64,000 nt of DNA, from positions 248,001 through 312,000 of the forward strand of contig CDMY01000275.1 in NCBI GenBank assembly GCA_001179505.1, in the 5' to 3' direction. Below are positions 59,312 through 64,000 of this stretch, in pieces. Under the pieces are notes generated by a model that saw only the letters and a list, made by a program, of their open reading frames with translations, did no database searches and had not been told where the DNA came from. Within the stretch, counting starts at the first letter, position 1. Every line of letters begins with the position of its first letter. Origin of the DNA: Vitrella brassicaformis CCMP3155. Taxonomy: Eukaryota > Protista > Chromerida. The position numbers and the translations under genes were made by a program.

Positions 59312-59989
59312 GAATGATCGCAGACAGACACAACGCGACGGATAAATGCACCTCGAAAGAGACTGACTGACAGACGGAGGGACGGATGCTTCATCTTCGT
59401 ATGTGAAAGACCCCAGTGTGTGTACGTGCACTCCACGTGTGAGTAAATATCAATGTGTGCATGGAACGCTGATTGATGCATTGAGGGCCACACGTTTGCT
59501 TGTCCGACGAGTAGTCCACAAATATTCATTCATCACCAACACACACACACACACACACGCGCACACGCACGAACACACAATCGATGTCTGTCTGTCTGTC
59601 TGTCTGTATATGACATATATATAGGTCTCTGTCTGTATTCACGGCAACAAACGCCTGAGCTCCGCTCCCTCGCTCGCTGCCACTCGGCAGCAAACAAACA
59701 AACATACAAACCGACTACCTATATAGGGGGGGGAAACTGTCATTAACCGTAACACTCGTCTGTGTGTCCGTGATACTCATACAAATACAGTCCCATCAGC
59801 ACGCAGAGTCAAACAGGCTCAAGGGGAGGAGGGATCAATCCCCGCCCCATCAGCACACCCCAGTCCCGCAAACCCTCCCCTCCCTCCCCCACGCAGACAG
59901 AAGCTAGTCGCACGCGCGAGGGCGATAGACAAGCGAGAGCGAATCCATCCAGACACATGACTGAACCCCCGACCCTTCCACCCCTCCTT

Positions 59990-60289
59990 NNNNNNNNNNN
60001 NNNNNNNNNNNNNNNNNNNNNNNNNNNNNNNNNNNNNNNNNNNNNNNNNNNNNNNNNNNNNNNNNNNNNNNNNNNNNNNNNNNNNNNNNNNNNNNNNNNN
60101 NNNNNNNNNNNNNNNNNNNNNNNNNNNNNNNNNNNNNNNNNNNNNNNNNNNNNNNNNNNNNNNNNNNNNNNNNNNNNNNNNNNNNNNNNNNNNNNNNNNN
60201 NNNNNNNNNNNNNNNNNNNNNNNNNNNNNNNNNNNNNNNNNNNNNNNNNNNNNNNNNNNNNNNNNNNNNNNNNNNNNNNNNNNNNNNNN
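59990..60289. other. Assembly gap (300 N)
   Basis: Run of N that interrupts the apparent 3' end of the USP gene. Confidence 1.
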
Positions 60290-63200
60290 CGGCGGTCGAT
60301 GTGCGGCAGGGCGGCCTCCCTCTTGGTCTTGTGGGCGACGTCCTGCTGCTGCTTGCTCCGGGTGAGGGCGTGGCGGATGATGGCGCGATGGTCGACTACC
60401 TATATAGAGATGGATGGATGGATGGATACATTTAGATAACTGCCAACACTCCCCTCCCCTCCCCACCCCACCCCATCCACCGCACACACAGCCGGGCTTC
60501 CCTCATGCGCCTGGTGTGATGTCCACGAGTCTGACGTTTGTATCGACATATACGAACAGCAGGGCCCCTTGGTGCGACTCCACCTCCTGCACCGTCCGCC
60601 TGCTGATCGCACGGTCGTCGCAGCTGTACCACTCCCCGTCGTACTGCCGAGTGGCCAGGGTGCTGAAGTGGCCCTCCACCGCCTCCTCGCCGTGGTGCAC
60701 CACCACAGACACCAGCCGGTAGCTCGGCTGCGGGGCGTCCTGCTCGGGCAGCGTCCAGCTGTTGTTCCAGTTGAGATGAGACGTGTACACCAGCTGCTTG
60801 GCCGCCTGCAGGGGGGCACAGACCGCACTCACTGAGATGTGTGTGTGTGTGTTGTGTGTGGGGTAGCTTGGCTGACTGGCTGAGAGGCTGACCTTCTCGA
60901 GCGCGCCCTGGCCGTAGAGAGTCTTCTTGACGCTGACGACCAGGATGGGCGGCGTGACGTCGATATACTGCCGCTGTGAGGAGGTGGGGGGCACATGCTC
61001 GGGACCGAGGGCTGAGGCCGACAGCTGGGGGCTGGACGAGGCGTGGAAGATGCCCAACGTGTTTGATATCGCATCTCTGCGTAGACAGATTGACGGATAC
61101 AGCACAGCCAGGACAGCCACCGCATTGATTGCAATGAGGGCGCCAATGGCGGGTGCGGTGCCATTGACGTGAGTGACGTGGGGCATTCAATGCATTCATG
61201 TTCGTGTGGGCTTGGCTTGGCTTACTCGATGCTGAACACGTCGTCGTGCGCGATGGGTGCGTCGAGGAGCCAGAAGGGCTCTCGCTTCTTGTCGAGACCG
61301 CCGCTGTCCGTCTTGACCAGACGTGTCAGCACACCGGCAAACATCCTAGATACAGACAGACAGACAGACAGACACAGACAGACAGACACAGACAGACAGA
61401 CAGACATGCACTCATCCCATCCATGGGTGGACTCTTGTGAGTGTCTGTCCATCGTTCTCATCCGTCCATCCCTACTTGCTGATTGGCGACTCTCGAGCAT
61501 CCTGCAGCGTGTCCTCCCTGCATACCATACGCAGCACACCACACGGTCAATGCACTGAGTGCAGCCATGGAAAGAGATAATGCTCATGGATGCTTGTGGC
61601 CGGCCATGTAGTAGTAATTAATGCTCACAGGGCGGAGGGGGGGCTGCCAGCAGACGACGACGGGCCAGAGGGAGAAGAGGGCCGCTGATGGACGGACGGA
61701 CGCACCGACAGACAGACAGACAGACACAACAGGCGAGAATGGAAGCCCACATGGGCCGTCTGTCTGTCTTGACAGGCTCTCTCGCTCGATCAGATCACCT
61801 ACCCGGCTTCGGTAGTATCTGCTCTCGTTGTGCAGCCCGTCCAGAAGGAACAGCAGCAGCTCAGAAGGATCGCTCTGCACACCCCCATACGCCGTCGACG
61901 GGCCTGGTGGACCACACACAAGACAGACAGACGGCATCCACGCAGAGAACAAATGGATGGATGGTGTGCGGCTGGGGTGGGTCCCACCCCAGATGCTCAC
62001 TGACCCTGTCGGCCGTTGGTGTCGTGGCCGTTGTGGTCATTGTGGTGGTGGTGGTTCTGCTGCGACCGCTCCTCGAACAGTGTCAGCAGCGGCTGGAAGA
62101 ATGCTGACGCGTACATGACGGGGAAGGACATGCTGCTGCTGCTGCTGTTGCTGGGGGTGGTGACACCCTCGTTCTTGATGCGACGGGCAAGCTCTGCAAA
62201 CACAGACAGCATCACACAGTGAGACAAGAGACAGACGTATGAGGCCGGTGAGTGACCCATGTGCTGTTTTGGGTAGGTGGCTCACTTGGCTCCTGCTCAA
62301 TGCGCTGGCGGATGACGCTGTCCGCCACGCTCTGCAAGTCCTCATCTGTGGATCGGTCAGCCCTCCTCGGCTCCCTGCCGTGATGCCTGCGGTAGAACTC
62401 CCGGAACAGCGACGCGAAGGCGCCATGGAAGGGGTACTGAGGCCGACGGACACTGTCGTCGCCGGCAAGGTAAGCCCGGTGGGAAGTCTGCAGGGGTGAC
62501 ACAACCAGCGGCGATGGATGGATGGATGGATGGACCATGTGGTGTGTGTGTGTGTGTGGCGTAGCGTACTTCCGCACAGAGTGAGAGGTAGTCCTGGAAG
62601 AGGTAGAGGGGAATGAGTGCTTGGATGAGGGCGTTGAGGTAGCAGTAGTTCTTGATGTTCGACAGCGCACGCAGCAGGTACGGACGCGGCGACTGATGTA
62701 TGTGACACACACACGCACACACACACATACACACACACATAGGGACGTGCGAACACTGCATATGTGCAGCAGCACATCTGTGTGTCGTACGTATGTCATG
62801 TGTGTTCTCACATACCGGTTGCATGATGAAGAGGTCCGGGTCCATTGCCATCCGCCTGGCCTCCGCCTCGCTGACCTGTCCGCTCTTCGTGAGGGCGAGA
62901 GTGCGGCGCTTGACATACATCTCATACTACAGGCCACGCACAACACACAAGCACGGTGTCGACATGGATGGTGATTGATGCACCTATCTACGTTTCTCCC
63001 TCCCTCCCCTTGGTCTCCTTCCTGCCTGCCTTACAAACGTACGTGGTAGAGCCGGTTCCGCTCGAATGGCTGGAGCTGTGTCGGGAGGACAGTCCTCGCC
63101 TCCATCAGGCCCCAATATACCAGCCGAGTCAAGATGCTGAAGGCCGCCCCGCCGTGCGGCACACATGCCAACGCCGCGTTGGCCAGCCACACAGGTGACA

Positions 63201-64000
63201 GCATCCGCCGCCCCACCCACTCGTTGCCACCCCTCTCCCTCTCCCTCACCAAGCCGTCACCAGCAGCGCTGCCGTGAGGGGTAATCGGCACTTCGGTGCC
63301 TGCGGGGGATGGCAGCTGGGCCGTGGCTGACGGCGTGTCCCAGACACTGCCGCCATTGAGTTGTGGGCGTGGCCGAGGAACGGTGGTTGTCGCCTGGGGG
63401 CGCGCGGCGACGGATGAGGATGGCACAGACGGGACGACAGGGGGCGCCGATGCTGCTGGTGCTGCTGGTGCTGTTGGAGGTGCTGGTGCTGGTACTGGGA
63501 TCTCGCTGGGTGATGCTGCTGCAGCAGCATGTGTGGGGGACGCCTCGTCGACCGCCCTCTCCCGCCGCAGCATGAAGGCGCCCTCATGATAACCCTTGCC
63601 CTGGCTGACTGTCACGGGCGTCCACTCCTGGCCGGCGTCCCACTGGATGGTGAGAGTGAAAGCACTCTTGCCGTGGGGCACCTGGGAGGGCACTGAGACC
63701 CCCTCCTCATCGACATTGGCCGACCGCAGCATGTCGCTGATGGCCTCCACGCACTCGCTGATGGCGCGGGTGAGGTCCATGCGGACGTCCTGGCTGTCGA
63801 CCACGACTGTCGGCCCCACGCGGCTGATGCTCGTGAGGAGACGGCCGGTTTGCGGGGCGAGGGGGACGCCGCCAGGGGTGGAGGGGGCCAAGGTGGCCGA
63901 CTGGTTGAAAGAGTGCTCGAGATACCACTGCACACAAACACAGGCACACGGTACGGATTGTCGGCACCAGACGCATCGCATCCATCTGCTAGCTCCACGC
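60290..64000 (-). CDS. Ubiquitin-specific protease (peptidase C19); partial at the 5' end (window edge), with the 3' end running into the gap
   Basis: Cys box ALSNIKNYCYLNALIQAL; DPSELLLFLLDGLHNE; PPILVVSVKK; His box YRLVSVVVHHGEEAVEGHFSTL...GEWYSCDD...GALLFVY. Pro/Ala-rich upstream exon at 63031-63930 is assumed to be part of the same gene. Confidence 0.85.

Noticed and set aside
59819-60487. ORFs spanning the N run
   Set aside because: Artefacts of translating through the assembly gap.
1-64000. Abundant (CA)n, (GACA)n, (GGAT)n repeats and TGCATGCA motifs as special regulatory signals
   Set aside because: They occur in almost every intron and spacer, so they are background for this genome. 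Enrichment cannot be judged without a computed genome-wide null.
1-64000. rRNA and tRNA genes
   Set aside because: No cloverleaf with T-loop/D-loop consensus or rRNA signature was recognised by eye. A tRNAscan-SE/Infernal run would be needed to exclude small ncRNAs.

Overview
Eukaryotic, GC-rich, intron-dense genomic DNA. Introns and intergenic regions are full of (CA)n, (GACA)n and (GGAT)n microsatellites. ApiAP2-type domains and signal-peptide plus transit-peptide plastid proteins point to a chromerid alveolate, most likely Vitrella brassicaformis (inference). About 20 spliced host genes were reconstructed by eye from GT-AG boundaries. These include plastid-targeted CDC48, a P2X receptor homolog, a CCCH+RING protein, eIF2-alpha, a phytase-like protein, centrin-3, plastid Met-tRNA formyltransferase, a SET-like/AP2 fusion, copine, an Unkempt/TZF-like CCCH protein, a very acidic small protein, PYM, CDC14, an F-box-like protein and a USP deubiquitinase. 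The most striking feature is a 6,070-bp element at 32709-38778. It has perfect 74-bp terminal inverted repeats starting AGTAGT, imperfect repeat homology out to about 220 bp, and an exact 6-bp target-site duplication (TTGGGC). These are Polinton/Maverick-type ends, yet no integrase, polymerase or capsid gene is recognisable. Instead it carries four cargo genes (including an intron-containing BTB-FKBP fusion and a RING pseudogene) and an orphan internal copy of its terminus, and it sits in a short bidirectional promoter. No rRNA, tRNA or CRISPR array was seen. There is a 300-N assembly gap at 59990-60289. Gene boundaries are manual and approximate unless stated.
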